The notes below the pieces were generated by a model. The model did not search any database. It was not told the origin of the DNA and saw nothing but the letters and a program-made list of their open reading frames with translations. This document shows positions 12,600-24,791 of a stretch of DNA of 64,000 nucleotides, piece by piece; position 1 is the stretch's first letter; each line of letters starts with the position of its first letter. Made by a program: the position numbers and the translations under genes. This stretch comes from Sphaerodactylus townsendi (taxonomy: Eukaryota). Location of the stretch: positions 30,628,001-30,692,000 of the forward strand of contig NC_059434.1 in the NCBI RefSeq assembly GCF_021028975.2, in the 5' to 3' direction.

Positions 12600-13145
12600 G
12601 ACAAGCTATAAGCAGCGTCTCTTGCTCCGAAGCTTAAAGCCTCCCAACAAAAACAAGCAACCTTGCAAAAAGTGGTCGATAGGTGGCGCGCGAGCACGCA
12701 TGCGTAGTAGAGACTCGGGCAAGCGCGTGCAGTTCGGTCTCCACGGGACGCTGTTGCTTAGCAACCCAAGGCTGCACTGGGCGGAGCGGCGGTTTGGGCG
12801 GCAGAGCCGGAGTTTGAACGGGGTGAAGTGGAGTGCGGGCGAGCGCCAGACGAAATGAAAGCCGGTGATTCACACATACTTAGTGAGCTTAAGGATTGGG
12901 CGAGCGGGCGGAGAATGACGATCGCAGAGATAGTAAATTTAATTAATCCAAGGCTATATTGCTGCAGGAACCCAGGAATGCGATCACGGAGGCAGCCGCA
13001 GTTGGAGGAGGATAGGAGACAAGGAGAAGATGTCATCCTCCTTTCTGGTCTCTGACGCAGGTATCCAGGACACAGGAGCAACAGGTGAACTAGGTTATGA
13101 GGCTCTAACTAGGCTATGTACATGCGTAAATTGTGACGTCATTGT
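12600..13145 (+). promoter_or_regulatory. CpG-rich CCDC110 promoter/5' region with RFX X-box, NRF1-like site and CRE
   Basis: Local CpG enrichment; palindromic GTTGCTTAGCAAC at 12753-12765; ACGCATGCGT at 12696-12705; TGACGTCA at 13134-13141. Confidence 0.7.
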
Positions 13146-14537
13146 GTCACCCTCTCAGTGAGCTAGTGGGATGTATCCCTAAGGCTTCTTCCCTCATAAT
13201 GTGATATTTGTCATTGTCTGCCTTATTGTAACCTTGCATTGCCTTTTTGAACAACAATGATTTCCATCTCTAGCAGTCATTTCTTCTGGGGTTGCCAAAA
13301 TCCAGGTGGGTTGTCCAAGAATTGCAACAGGTTTCCAGATTATCTCCCCTGGAGATAATGACTACTTCAGTGTGTGAATTCTAGAGCATCATTCAGCTTT
13401 CTCCCCGATTCAAATTCCCCCCACAAATCTCCAGAAAGTGATCTGATTTGATTTACATTAGTCATAGTCCCACCTTTTTAACCAAGACTCAAAGGGAATT
13501 ACACATGTAATTTCGTTATTTGTTTGTATTTAGAGGCCCTTCATAGTCCGAGGCTCTAAAAAGTCGTTTATCCATCTTCTGCATAAATCTAGCTTTGTAT
13601 TGCAGAGCTAGTGATTATTCCATTGTGCATAGGTATGGAACTGAAATCATGCTAAGGACCACATTTGCATTTACTCAGCAATGCTGCATCACTGTGAAAA
13701 GGTATTTGTGTTATACTTTTAATGCGATGCATGTTTTTAAAATTCATTCGCTCTGACCCCCGAAGTGCTTGTTCTTTCATCTCAGTGTGTCATCTTCTTT
13801 CTGCACTTCCATTCAGCACTTCTATTTCTTAGCTGTCCGTCCCTTTCCTTTCTCACTTAGAAGCTCCTTCATTCATAAATCTTGAGCAGCATAATTCTAA
13901 ATCTATTGTTTAAGGGATATAAGGAACCTAAGAATCACTGTCACTTAGTAAATAGGGTATTAACTCAGACACGGATTTACTAGTCGACTCCATTAGAATA
14001 GTATAATTTGATCTTAGATCCTCATAAAAATGACATCCCAGGTGGATGTGTGTTGCAGAATTGGTATAACCAGAAGTACATGGGCAGGTCCTTTATGAAT
14101 ATGGTAGGCTTATATATCTACCTTGCATAACAATGGAAGGGTTAGCATTTAATCTAGGAGGAAAAAAGCTCTTAAGAGGCAAGGGGTTGTCAAGAAATAG
14201 ATATAAGTTGGCAAACAGTGTGGGGAGGAATTGCAAAGAATCAAGACAAACAAATGTGACAAGCATGAAGCGACGATCTAACATAATCTCCTTAATAAGC
14301 TATTTTATTTCAGAGAAAGCCTCTGATTCTCTCATCATATCCCATGATGCCTATCAACGACAATTTCTCATCAAATTATTTTGCCATGAGGATCCATGCA
14401 AGTCATGTTTCAAAAAACCTAGATATGACTCAATGCTAAAAAAGGCCAAGTTGCAGCTTAATGGAAAACAATCATGTCCTAATTTCAAGCAGGCATTTGA
14501 TCTAACCCAGAACGAAGGACAACACCATGCCCTGAGG
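12855..14537 (+). CDS. CCDC110: Tentative 5' coding exons of CCDC110
   Basis: Phase-consistent but weakly supported model: 12855-12864 (MKA), 12968-13084 (...MSSSFLVSDAGIQDTGAT), 14314-14537 (...TQNEGQHHALR). Donors are weak and similarity to human is faint. Confidence 0.3.
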
Positions 14538-14585
14538 GTCATTTAACAGCCTCTGTAAAACTGAAGGAGAGGATAAGCTGTAGAC

Positions 14586-14771
14586 CAGTGGTTCTCAACC
14601 TTCCTAATGCCGCAACCGTTTAATACAGTTCCTCATGTTGTGGTGACCCCCAATCCTAACATTTATCCATTTTACAGATGGAAAACATTGATGCAGAGAG
14701 TCTTAGGCGACCCCTGAGAAAGGATCGTTCGACCCCCAAAGGGGTCCCGACCCACAGGTTGAGAACCACTG
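14586..14771. mobile_element. SPIN (Space Invader)/URR1-type hAT MITE
   Basis: TIRs CAGTGGTTCTCAACCT at both ends; subterminal sequences CCTAATGC...CCTCATGTTGTGGTGACCCC and TAGGCGACCCC...GACCCACAGG match SPIN as recalled; degenerate TSD CTGTAGAC/CTATAGAT. Confidence 0.88.
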
Positions 14772-16139
14772 CTATAGATGGATTAACAGCAGTCATCCAA
14801 ACAGCAGCCGCAGTTTCTTCCCCTCTTTTGCTTTCTCAGCTCCTCCCTTTATCTTTATTCCTCACTGGTAGCACAACCACACAAGGCTGTCAATCAACGA
14901 TCAGTTCATTGAGAGATTCTTGGACTCTGTTGGACCATTCAGTGTGTGCTGGATAGCTTGTTGGCTCCAAGAAAAACTGGTGCTGTCAGAAACCACTGAA
15001 TGTAGAAACAGGAGAAGCAATGCAGATGTAGCAATGCAGCCATTAACTGTGGTACCAATAGGACCATATTAATTAGTGGATACTTGCTTTTTTATGGACA
15101 AAGTCTCCAGATGAATAGACATTATATCTGCAAGGTTTGTTGCATTGTTTTTTCAGAAAAATTTGCTTCACCAAGAAATGGTCAAGGCCAAGCCCAATCT
15201 GCACTAAAAGTAAGCTTACCCTGTTTTGGTTAATTAGGTGATATATTTGTGAATATACCAGAGTAATGGACGGCAAAGAGGAAGGTTATGGCTTCATTCA
15301 GATTTGAAAATCTGAAAACCCTTTATGTAGCCAGCTACAGTCTACAGGATAGAAAATACTGAGAGTGTGCACCACTCACAGTGATTATCATAATACAGTA
15401 CCTTCATATTTTGGGGTAGGGGGAAACCTGTTTTGTCTCTTAATGAATGTCACGCATGTGGCTACAAAAATGCATGTCAGGCATGTGGCTGCAAAACTTG
15501 CTTCTTTTTAACATTTGGCTCATAAATGTTAGGAATATACCTCAGGTGATGCTGATTTTTTTCCTTTAAAAAAGTCAAAAGAGAAGGCAAAATTTGTTTC
15601 ACCATCTGACATTCTGCATTAGAATAAAAACAGAAGCCAGGTCTATTCCACCATCTTCTTCTAGCAGAGCATTTGAATCACCAGCTCCACTCATATACTA
15701 GCCCTATTTTTTGGCAGCAATGCAGAACATATATTTTAGAATCTTCTATGTGCCATGCATAGGATGGAGCAGATATATCAGTTTCCTTAGATCTCAAGTG
15801 GTGCCCCCATCTGTGGCTATTTAAATCTGCAGATTGGGGCTACACTAACAGATTTTCCTGCAAACTTGGGGGACCCCCCAGGTTACAGGAAAAATACTGA
15901 AATCTAAAAAAATGCATTGGAGGCTTAAATTCTCCCAAAGAGCTGGTGTGGTGGATGCCAGGAGTTTCTCTGGGCTAAGCTCCAGTGGCCTCCAGGAGCT
16001 GCTCCAGGCCTGAAGCAGCTTCCAGACACCGCAGCTGCTGAGACCGATAGGGTAAGGTGATCAGAGGGAAGAATGAGAGGAAGGGGAGGGGGAAAAGAAA
16101 TGAGGAGAATTGTCAGACAAGGGGAGAGGGAAGGAATAG

Positions 16140-16434
16140 AAGAAGAAGAGTTTGGATTTATATCCCCCCTTTCTCTCCTGTAGGAGACTCAAAAAGGTTT
16201 ACAATCTCCTTGCCCTTCCCCTCTCATAACAAACACTCTGTGAGGTGGGTGGGGCTGAGAGAGCTCCGAGAAGCTGTGACTAGCCCAAGGTCACCCAGCT
16301 GGTGTGTGTGGGAGTGCACAGACTAATCTGAATTCCCCAGATAAGCCTCCACAGCTCAGGCGGCAGAGCGGGGAATCAAACCCAGTTCCTCCAGATTAGA
16401 ATGCCCCTTGCCTTTAACCACTACGCCACTGCTG
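16140..16434 (-). mobile_element. tRNA-derived squamate SINE (Squam3-like)
   Basis: Minus-strand A-box GTGGCGTAGTGGTTAA, B-box-like GGTTTGATTCCC and (TTC)n tail; closely similar to 48951-49222 in opposite orientation. Confidence 0.8.
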
Positions 16435-17433
16435 GGTAGGTTGACAGAGAAGGGTGGGATTGATGGAGGAAAGGGAGTAAAAGAGATAGGGTAGGCTGCT
16501 AGATAAAAGGAGGGGGGAAAAGAGGGGAAAGATTGTCAGAGAAGGGGAGAAATAAAAAGGGGGAAGATTGACAAGAAAAGGAAGGGGGCAGAAGGAAGGT
16601 AGGAACGGTTGACAGAAGGGGAGAGGACTGCAAAGAGGCGGAAGATTGTAAGAGATGGGGAGAGAGGGGAGAAGGAATACAACCTCCTGACAAGTTTCTT
16701 GTTGGTCTCCAGTTGTATATGTTATTTGTAAAAGAGTACAAAGCATTAAAAAGTTTGGATGAAATAGGCTCAGAAAAGCCATTGAAACTGCTGGGCATTT
16801 TAGAACGTGTTTTTGACTCAAGGGTACGCAATCATACCAAGCAGACCTTTTCAGTTTTGATCAATGTTGTATCTAAAGGTTAACTTAGATGGCATTAAGG
16901 GTCAAACTGCAAATTAAAAGCAGCTACAGGGGTCTGTTTCTGAAGTGACACACATAAAGTGGGAAACAGCATGGAAAGGGGGACAGTTAAAGGAACACTG
17001 CAGTACTGTGCCATATCATCTAATGAGTCTAGCAAGAAAATGGCAGATGTCGCAGTCATTTGGTGCTGCTTTTCTGAAGTGGCTTGCGGCTGATGTTCTG
17101 CCAGCTTGTGTAGTGGTGAGAGCATTGGACTAGGGTCTGGAAGACTTGGCTTCACATTTCCACTCAGCTTTGTCCAGTCGTCCTCTCACAGCCCCACTTA
17201 CTCCACAGGGTTGTTGTGGGGATGAAATGGAGGGGAAAACTCTCTATGGCACCCTGAGCTCCTTGTAGGAAAAGCATTCTAATAATGTAATTGATAGATG
17301 TCCTAACAAGCAGCAGTTGGAACGCAAATTTAAATACAAGAAACCTGATGGCACAGTCTTAAGCAAAGTTATACCATTTTAAGCCCAGTTATACCATTTT
17401 AGTTTTTCACTTAACTATTTATATAAAATGTAG

Positions 17434-20400
17434 ATCCTGCAACATCAACTGGAATCATTTCAAGCCCTTCGACAACAGACTTTGCAGAATGTCAGCATGG
17501 TAAGAACAAGCTGTGAATATTCATAAAATAAAGGGGGGGGGGACATTTGGTCCTGTTTGGTGAGGAACAAGTACTGTTTAATCCAACTTTTATTGAAACC
17601 TTAAAATAAACAGAGAATTCTCAACACCTGAAGAGAAATCTCCATGATTCTTCTGTTAACTTTAAGACATTCTTTGCCCCATGAATTTCTTCCTCTGGAA
17701 AGTAAGCCTTCATTGTGTTTTTCTCTCATCATACAACACACCTTTATATGATCACACAAACATGCAAAAATCACAGGGCTTCTCTGTAACAAAAGGCCAC
17801 ACCAGCTCACCCTAAGATGGGCAAGTTAGTGTTACCCACTAGCCACCCATTCCCATTCCTTCCAAATGACGTTGCTGGCAAATCTAGATGCCATTGCAGT
17901 TCCTTTCTGTTCCTGCTGCTCTTCACACGCGTTGAAATAGTGGAACAGAGAAATAAAGTCGAGGCATGCCATTGAGAGGAGGATAGCTCCTGTCATTCTC
18001 ACATTTCAGTGTCAGCTTTTCTGGCTCCAGCCTTCAGTGCAGGAAGGTTGAGACCAAAGCACACCAAAACACTGAACATCCATCTTCTCTCAGGTATCTG
18101 GTGGGTTTTTCCCCCCAAAGGTTTTTCTTTGTTACATTTGTTCTTCATTTTTTATTAGATTCCTTCTCATTTGCATTGATTTCAGTGGGAAACATATTTC
18201 CAGTTTGTCACATCTTTGTTTTGGGTGAAATCGTCAAGGATATGCCCCCTTTCCCATTAATCCTCCCTGCCAAATTTCAGAGGGATAGATGGAAAGTTCC
18301 CAGTTCATCAGCCATTATGGGTGTGCAATAGAGCCTCCCAAGAAGGCAAGCAGAGGAAGAGCAGTCAGCAGATGCATTTCCCAGAATGGCAGGTGCACGC
18401 ACACACACACAGCTAGCCTTCTGAAAACCTCCCCCCATCCCCCACCAACATTTTCATGTCCCTTCACATACCATTCTTTCAAAAATACTCTCATGCTCTC
18501 AGAACCTCTAGCAGTGAGCACCTGCAGTGATATTGCATTTCAAGATAGCAGACAGAGCAAGCTGCAGTCTCTCGGTGGGAGAAGACGACAGTGGAGTGGT
18601 TAAAAATGGTGTGCACTTTTGGTACTCAAACAGAATTCAAAAGAACCCTTTGGCCTCAATACCAAACATTTTACTAAAACACAATTGAATCCCCATTGGT
18701 AGGTAGTAATGAAGGTTCCCTGTATCGCACACCACACCCCAGATATTTGATCAGTTCAACAGGAAGTGGCAGAACATACTTAACATTTCAGATCATCCTC
18801 TCTTTCCTTTTCCAATAACTCCTACTCTCACCTGAGACTATGTAGCTGTTTCCCTTCCAGAGGCAGGTATGGAGAAAATCCTCAGCAAAGACTTGTTTTC
18901 TTGAGGAATGTCTCTCTGTGGTTCCACAGAGTAAATATTTTTGTGTAGACAAGCAGAGTATAACTTCTTACCCGCCAGTACATCAGCTAATCAAAAATGA
19001 TGATCTCTTAATGTTTTATGAAGTGCTGTATAAACAATTACCAAACTAACCACTTGCGAAAACAGCTTACAATGTAATCTAAGTGAGGTAGAAAGAATAA
19101 GGGATGACGTCTGGAGGAGGATAACCATCTCATTGCACGTTTCTTCAGGTCCAGTCTGAAATCAGCGGGATTCTTAATAAAAATATTAGTGATATGAAAC
19201 ACCCTGAGTTTAATCCGGACCCTTTACTTTTGACCAGCACGCCTATCAACGTTACTAAGGTATGTCATTTTCTTCTTACTGCCAAAAGAGGGCTATGATG
19301 GTGAAAGTGCATTTTCAGCTCTTGCGGTATTGGTGGGATTACCAGTGCAATGCCAAAAAGAGTTACACCCTGCTGAGGCAATTGAAGTCAATGAACACAG
19401 AAAAGTGGCACTGATTGTGATGGCATTGCAAATCATGGAATCCTAGGAAAGAAAGATTTCTTTTCCAGTTTCCAGGATCCATCAGACCCACTATACCACT
19501 TTGAACACAGAACTCTTGAGTAATTGGGACCAGCCCTGTAAGTAAAGAGCAGATTCTCCATTGAAGAATGCTTCACAACAAGAATTGCACCGACTTGCAT
19601 GCCATCTTGAATGCCACGTATGTTAAACAAAGCTACAATGCTAAGGAGAATTCTCAATATTAATGTATCTATCTCCTTAGCATGTATTTTATCCTTTCTA
19701 GGAAAATAGTCAACCAATAGAGCTATATTTGGGAAATTCAGGAATTAACCTCATGTCCACATGCAGACATACCATGTTTTAATAAGAAATGTCAACACTA
19801 CCACACTGCAGCCACAGGAAAAACAATGCAATGCATAACTATAAATGTAAGAGATCTGGTTATCCATTTTATGTGATTCTCTGCACTGCACTTGATCTGA
19901 ACATTTGTTAAAATCACACTGTGCTGTTATGAGTTGCATTGTTTTGCCTGTTGCTGCAAAGTGGTATCGTTGACGATCTTATGGCTTTAGTTCTACTACA
20001 CTATTGGTTTTGGTTTTTTATATTATACCATGTTTTAAAACAGGAGAGGAACCATCAGATATTAGTCTCCTGTACAATGTTATGAATAGCACTGAGATGG
20101 CTACCAGTGTTCCTGTCGACGTAGATAACCCCTGATGCATTTGCAGTGCTGACCACAGTTGCGCCTGCACATTGATGGCAATGTGATGGGTTCATATTTC
20201 ATTGTTGTGAGTTAATCTAAGGAAAGCACTATATAAATACTTAGTTTTATTGCTGTGGATCCTAACGATGGCAAGAGTACACATTGCTATTTCATTGTTC
20301 AAGCTGAACAGGTCTTAGCCTGGGGGTGTCCAACTCTGGCGCTGCAGATGTTAATGGATTACAATTCCCATCAGCCCCTGCTGATGGATCACAATTCAGC

Positions 20401-23400
20401 CAATTGGCCATGCCAGCAGGGGCTGATGGGAATTGTAGTCCATGAACAACTGAAGCGCCAGAGTTGGACACCCCTGTCTTAGACTAACTTGTGCATAGAT
20501 GGAAGACTACCAGGAGGTTTATTGAATATGTTCCAAAATTCTCAGGAGATAAATGAGCAAGAAAAAAAATGAATCTCTTGAAAAGATACATATAAGACAA
20601 AGTGGAAATTAATGTTTCCCTTAGCAGTAGTTATTCTGTGACAACTCTGATGTGTCTAAACTTTATTGCTTTAAATTCCTTTGTTTAGGTAGAAAAAGTA
20701 TATTATCAGGGAGTTGGAAAAAACAACTCATTGATTTTTTTTCAAGGGAAAACTGAAAATCTGGGAAATGTTAAGAAACTTCCAGTACTGTCCTAAGCAT
20801 GGTGATTCCCTTCTGAGTCCACAGGAGTCAATGAACTTATATGCTATTAAACTTAGAACAACCTGTCCTCTTCACCCCACACCTCCATTTTTTTCTTTTA
20901 TGTTTTACATTTAACTACTGCTAGAATATAAAATCCATACCAGACGTACAAGCGACGCTGCCTGTCCAACCAATCCATGGTGTCATATTATGCCTCATTC
21001 TATGTATTAAATAGTGAAAATTCTAGCCAGATTGTTTTCTCTCTCAGCCTAGATGGTGTCCAGAAGCATCACTTTCAAAGAACCGGCTTCATCTTGACAA
21101 AAGGACCACGCAGTTTCTGGAAACCAATCCCAACAAAATCTTGGGAGGTCCAGCCGCACATGGAAATGTTCCATGTCGCATTTTCTCGAAATATCAGTCA
21201 GCTGGAAAAGCTGAAGCCGTTGCCCTGACACCTAGGAAAAAAGCTTTTTCAGCTGTTAAAAATGACCATGAATTGAATAATTCTGCCAGTAGTCTTTTTT
21301 CTCCAGCATGGGTTGGTTTGGAAGCAGAAGCAAGGACTGCTCTTGGTGAGAACAAAGGCTATGCTGGACCTAACATTTCCATGGCATTCCATGCAGATGA
21401 GGATGAGCACGTGATCAAGAGTGTGAGTTCTTCCTTCAGGGACATGAAAGACGATAATGAAAAAACGAGGCATGAGCTTGCACATCCCTTTGAAGTTCAG
21501 AAATCTTCCACTGCCCAGAATGGCAAAGACAATGATTCTGGTTACCTGTCCGAACAGGATCCAACAGAAAAAGTCAGCTTGTCAAGTGAGGATTTTAAAT
21601 CTAAGAGGACTTCCGAGTCGGAGGATTCAGTAGATGAGCTGCATGTTGCCACGGTTTCTTTTAAAGGAAACAATCAGATTGCAACACAATCACAATCAGA
21701 TACTCAGAGCAAGAACCAGAATAAAGATTTTTTTGGTAAAGGTAACATGTTTGAGAAGTTGCAGCTAAATTTCTCGTCCAAAACAGGAGAAGATAAATCT
21801 CTTACTCCAGAACACCCAGAGGAAAGAAAAAAGGACAAACAGCTGCACCTGCTGGGCACAAAACAAGAGTTTCCAAACCACAAAGTTCTGGATTCCTGTG
21901 ATATCAGAGTTGGATCTGACAGCTACCATAAAAAAAGTGAATTGTTGCAGATTACTCCAAAAGAGTCTGATCCCTTGCCAAAAAAACTGATGGATCTCCA
22001 AAGTGAAAATGTTGATCTCAAGAAACAAATGAAACCTCTGACTGATATTATACAGTCTCTGACTGAGCAAAACGCAAAATATCAGAAGCAGATTAAAGAT
22101 TTACATGATGAGAAAAACAGCATTCAAGAGAGGCTAGTGAAATCAGACAGAGACTGTAAGGAATGCATTAAAGAAGTTAAAAACTTATTGAAGAAATGCA
22201 AGGAACTTGAAGAGCAGAAAATTACTCTGGAAGAAAAACAGGATCAACTTTATGCTCAAAACCAACGAATGATGCGGAACATGGGTAATTTTCAGAAGAA
22301 GGAGCAAGAAGCCCTTGAAAATCTGGCAGCTCTCACCCAAGAAAAGAGTGACCTTGTTGAGGCCTTGGGAACTCGGGAAAGTCAAATTACACCACTTCAA
22401 GTGGAGTGTGAAGCATTAGAAGAAAAAGTAATGCAACTTACAGAGGAAAAGAGCTTACTTGAAAAGGAACTTGAAGAAAAACAGAAGCAAATACAGCAAC
22501 TGAAAGAAAACAAAGAGGCCGGGCTCTCTGATATGGAAGCTGTTCGTAAGATGACAGAGTCACTTCAAGAGGAAAAGTTGAATCTCGAAAAGGCTTTGCA
22601 GGAGTCGACGGATTCTAGGGAAGTCCTCCAGAAGGAGCTTGAGGAGGCCCAGAAAGAGAGAGCTGACACTGAGATAAAACTTCTGAACGAATGTAAAAAT
22701 ACAAGATTGGAAGCTGGCGTTTTAAAAACCAGCTTGTCCAACATGGAGAAAGAGTGTGACAGGCTGTCAGTGGTGGTAGGGAGCATGACAGAAGACAACT
22801 GGATTCTTAAAAAGGAATTGCACGAATACAAACAGGAGGTGTCAGAGCACAAAGCTACAATAAGGAAGCTGAATGAGAGACTCTTGCTGATGGAAAATGA
22901 AACACGTACATTGGAGAATGAGAGAGATGTGTTGCACTTTGAAGTGAATCGCCTCAGTAGGAATAATGGTAGTTTAAGAGACCAAGTCACTACTTTATTC
23001 AGAGAACGCTATAAGCCAAGGCACAGTCCCAGAAGCAAAAGGCTGGATCGTGATCCTGCACATCCCACTGAAATTCATGAAGAAATGTCTAGTTTCCAGC
23101 ATATTTCTGTAAAATACAATTCGCCAGGTATGTTCTGCTTTTTTTATATACGGGACTCAGATTAATTCAAATTTATTTTGGAAAGTGGTGCATTTGTTAG
23201 GATTAATATTTGACAGGAGATACTTAGATTACAATTGCTGCTAAATCGGGGGGGGGGGGGGGGTCAGCACATGCCTGAAATATTATAATACAGTCTACCA
23301 GGCACTCTGTGTATGGAGTCCTTATCCTTCCCTCCCCCTTCCAGAATGGCTCTCACGGACTTACTTTTATCGCCCAGGAAATCTTCCCATATACTCACCC

Positions 23401-24791
23401 AGCTTTTCCGCTCCGCAACTTAGCAGTGACCCACAAGTTATTCTTGGAGTGGGAGGTCTTTTGAGCCCTGTGCTGGCATGGGAATGAGTCGTGCTCACAA
23501 TAGCTAAATGCTTAGGAGCATATATTATGCTGAGAATTGAATGTTCTTTGGAGAAATTGTCTGAAGAAACCTTTATTGGGAAAAAAAGACGGGGCAGCCC
23601 AAGGGAGGCAGGCTGAAGATACTTCTGGAACCGGTGTGGAGCTGCGCTGGCATGTTTGCCCATCCTGCTGGCATACGCAACACTTATGCAGGGGGAGAGG
23701 CAACTGTGGAGGTCGACCACGGCACCCAACCCGGAAAAGTCTGCCACCTGAAGATCCATGCCGGCCTAAAGGTGGACACTGGTGGGACTGGGGTCGGACT
23801 AGGGGCATTCTTGGGGGTGGGGCCAACTTTGGTTAGTTTCTACCAGGCTTTCGAGCTGGGAATGCCTCTGGCACAGGCCTCCAACTTATGCCACCCATTT
23901 TGCACTATGGAGGGCTTTCAGTTGGCCAGGGATTTTTTGCCATTTGCTACCTTCCTTTGCCTCCTGGAAGCCGTCTGGCAGCAGTGTTGCTGCTGCACCA
24001 CCGTTCCCAGCCACTGGAGCCTTCTGGATGAGACATTACACTTTGTATATGTTTTTACAATTACTATAAATTAAGCACTGAATTACCATCACAGAGACAT
24101 CGGCGGTTTCTGCACATGCAGGCGTGTGGGCTTGCATCGGCATGATTGATGCCGATGCAAGCCCTGGGGCCATTCACATGAACGGCTCCACAGGCTGTGC
24201 GGCTGGCGGAGCACGCTCTGCAAAGCTGCGCAGCCCCCTGAACAGCGGCCCAGCTTTTTTCTGGCCAGAGCAACGTCTGAAGCGACTGAGGCAAGGAGGC
24301 GTGTCCCTTTCCCTCCTCAGAGTGACAAAAGGCAGGGAAAAGGTAGGCCACTGTTCGGGAGCGTCATGGGAATACGCCGGCTTCCACCCGCTGCTGTTTG
24401 CTCGGCAATGGGTGGCAACCGCCGTATTCCAAAAAACTCGCCCCCCGAGTGAGTTTCGGAAGCAGAGCTTCACGCCACTTCAGGGGAGCCAAGATGCAGC
24501 AGCGCCTCCTGTGCGAACAGTGCCCCAGGGACCTTTTTTTCCCGTCCCTGGAGCACTGTTGTTTCACCGTGCGGAAACCGCCATCAAGATTAACTTCAGG
24601 GGTCTGATGGAGGGTTCATGAGGTATGATGGCTGTATGAGTTTGTAGGTCCCACAAACAGTCTTGTGCAATGAATGCTTCCTGTTGGTTTTGTGTGTGCA
24701 CGCACACATGGGTTTGTTTTAAATAAAACTGTCTTTTTTTCCAGGCAATTCCAGACAAACTGCAGCAGTCTGTCCTTCAAAGAAACTATAA
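17434..24791 (+). CDS. CCDC110: Coiled-coil domain-containing protein 110, core exons
   Basis: Exons 17434-17499 (ILQHQLESFQALRQQTLQNVSM), 19149-19259 (VQSEISGILNKNI...) and 21048-23127 (2080 bp; coiled coil KKLMDLQSENVDLKKQMKPL...ENERDVLHFEV) match recalled human CCDC110 and are in phase. Terminal exon 24745-24791 (GNSRQTAAVCPSKKL*) is tentative. Confidence 0.9.
20321..20476. mobile_element. Palindromic hAT MITE with CAGGGGTGTCCAAC termini; family members at 46381-46443, 60231-60279 and 62821-62923
   Basis: TIRs plus 8-bp TSD TCTTAGCC/TCTTAGAC; internal inverted ACAATTCCCATCAGCC. Confidence 0.85.
23450..24030. repeat. GC-rich interspersed repeat, probably a DNA-transposon derivative; related copy at about 44800-45290
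   Basis: Shared blocks G(G/A)GCCAACTTT...CCAGGCTTTC(G)AGCTG between the two loci. Confidence 0.5.
24102..24582. mobile_element. PIF/Harbinger-type MITE
   Basis: TIRs GGCGGTTTCTGCAC / GTGCGGAAACCGCC; 3-bp TSD ATC; CpG-rich. Confidence 0.8.

Noticed and set aside
13633-13701. AG/GT-bounded segment as a CCDC110 coding exon
   Set aside because: It has a stop codon in the phase required by the tentative upstream exon and no similarity to the orthologue.
16380-16434. tRNA gene
   Set aside because: The A/B boxes belong to a SINE head; no cloverleaf.
21141-23165. 674-aa ORF as a stand-alone or SMC/myosin-like gene
   Set aside because: It is the large internal exon of CCDC110 (21048-23127), bounded by splice sites.
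23367-24621. Cluster of 95-165-aa ORFs on both strands
   Set aside because: GC-rich intronic transposon derivatives; stop codons are scarce by composition.
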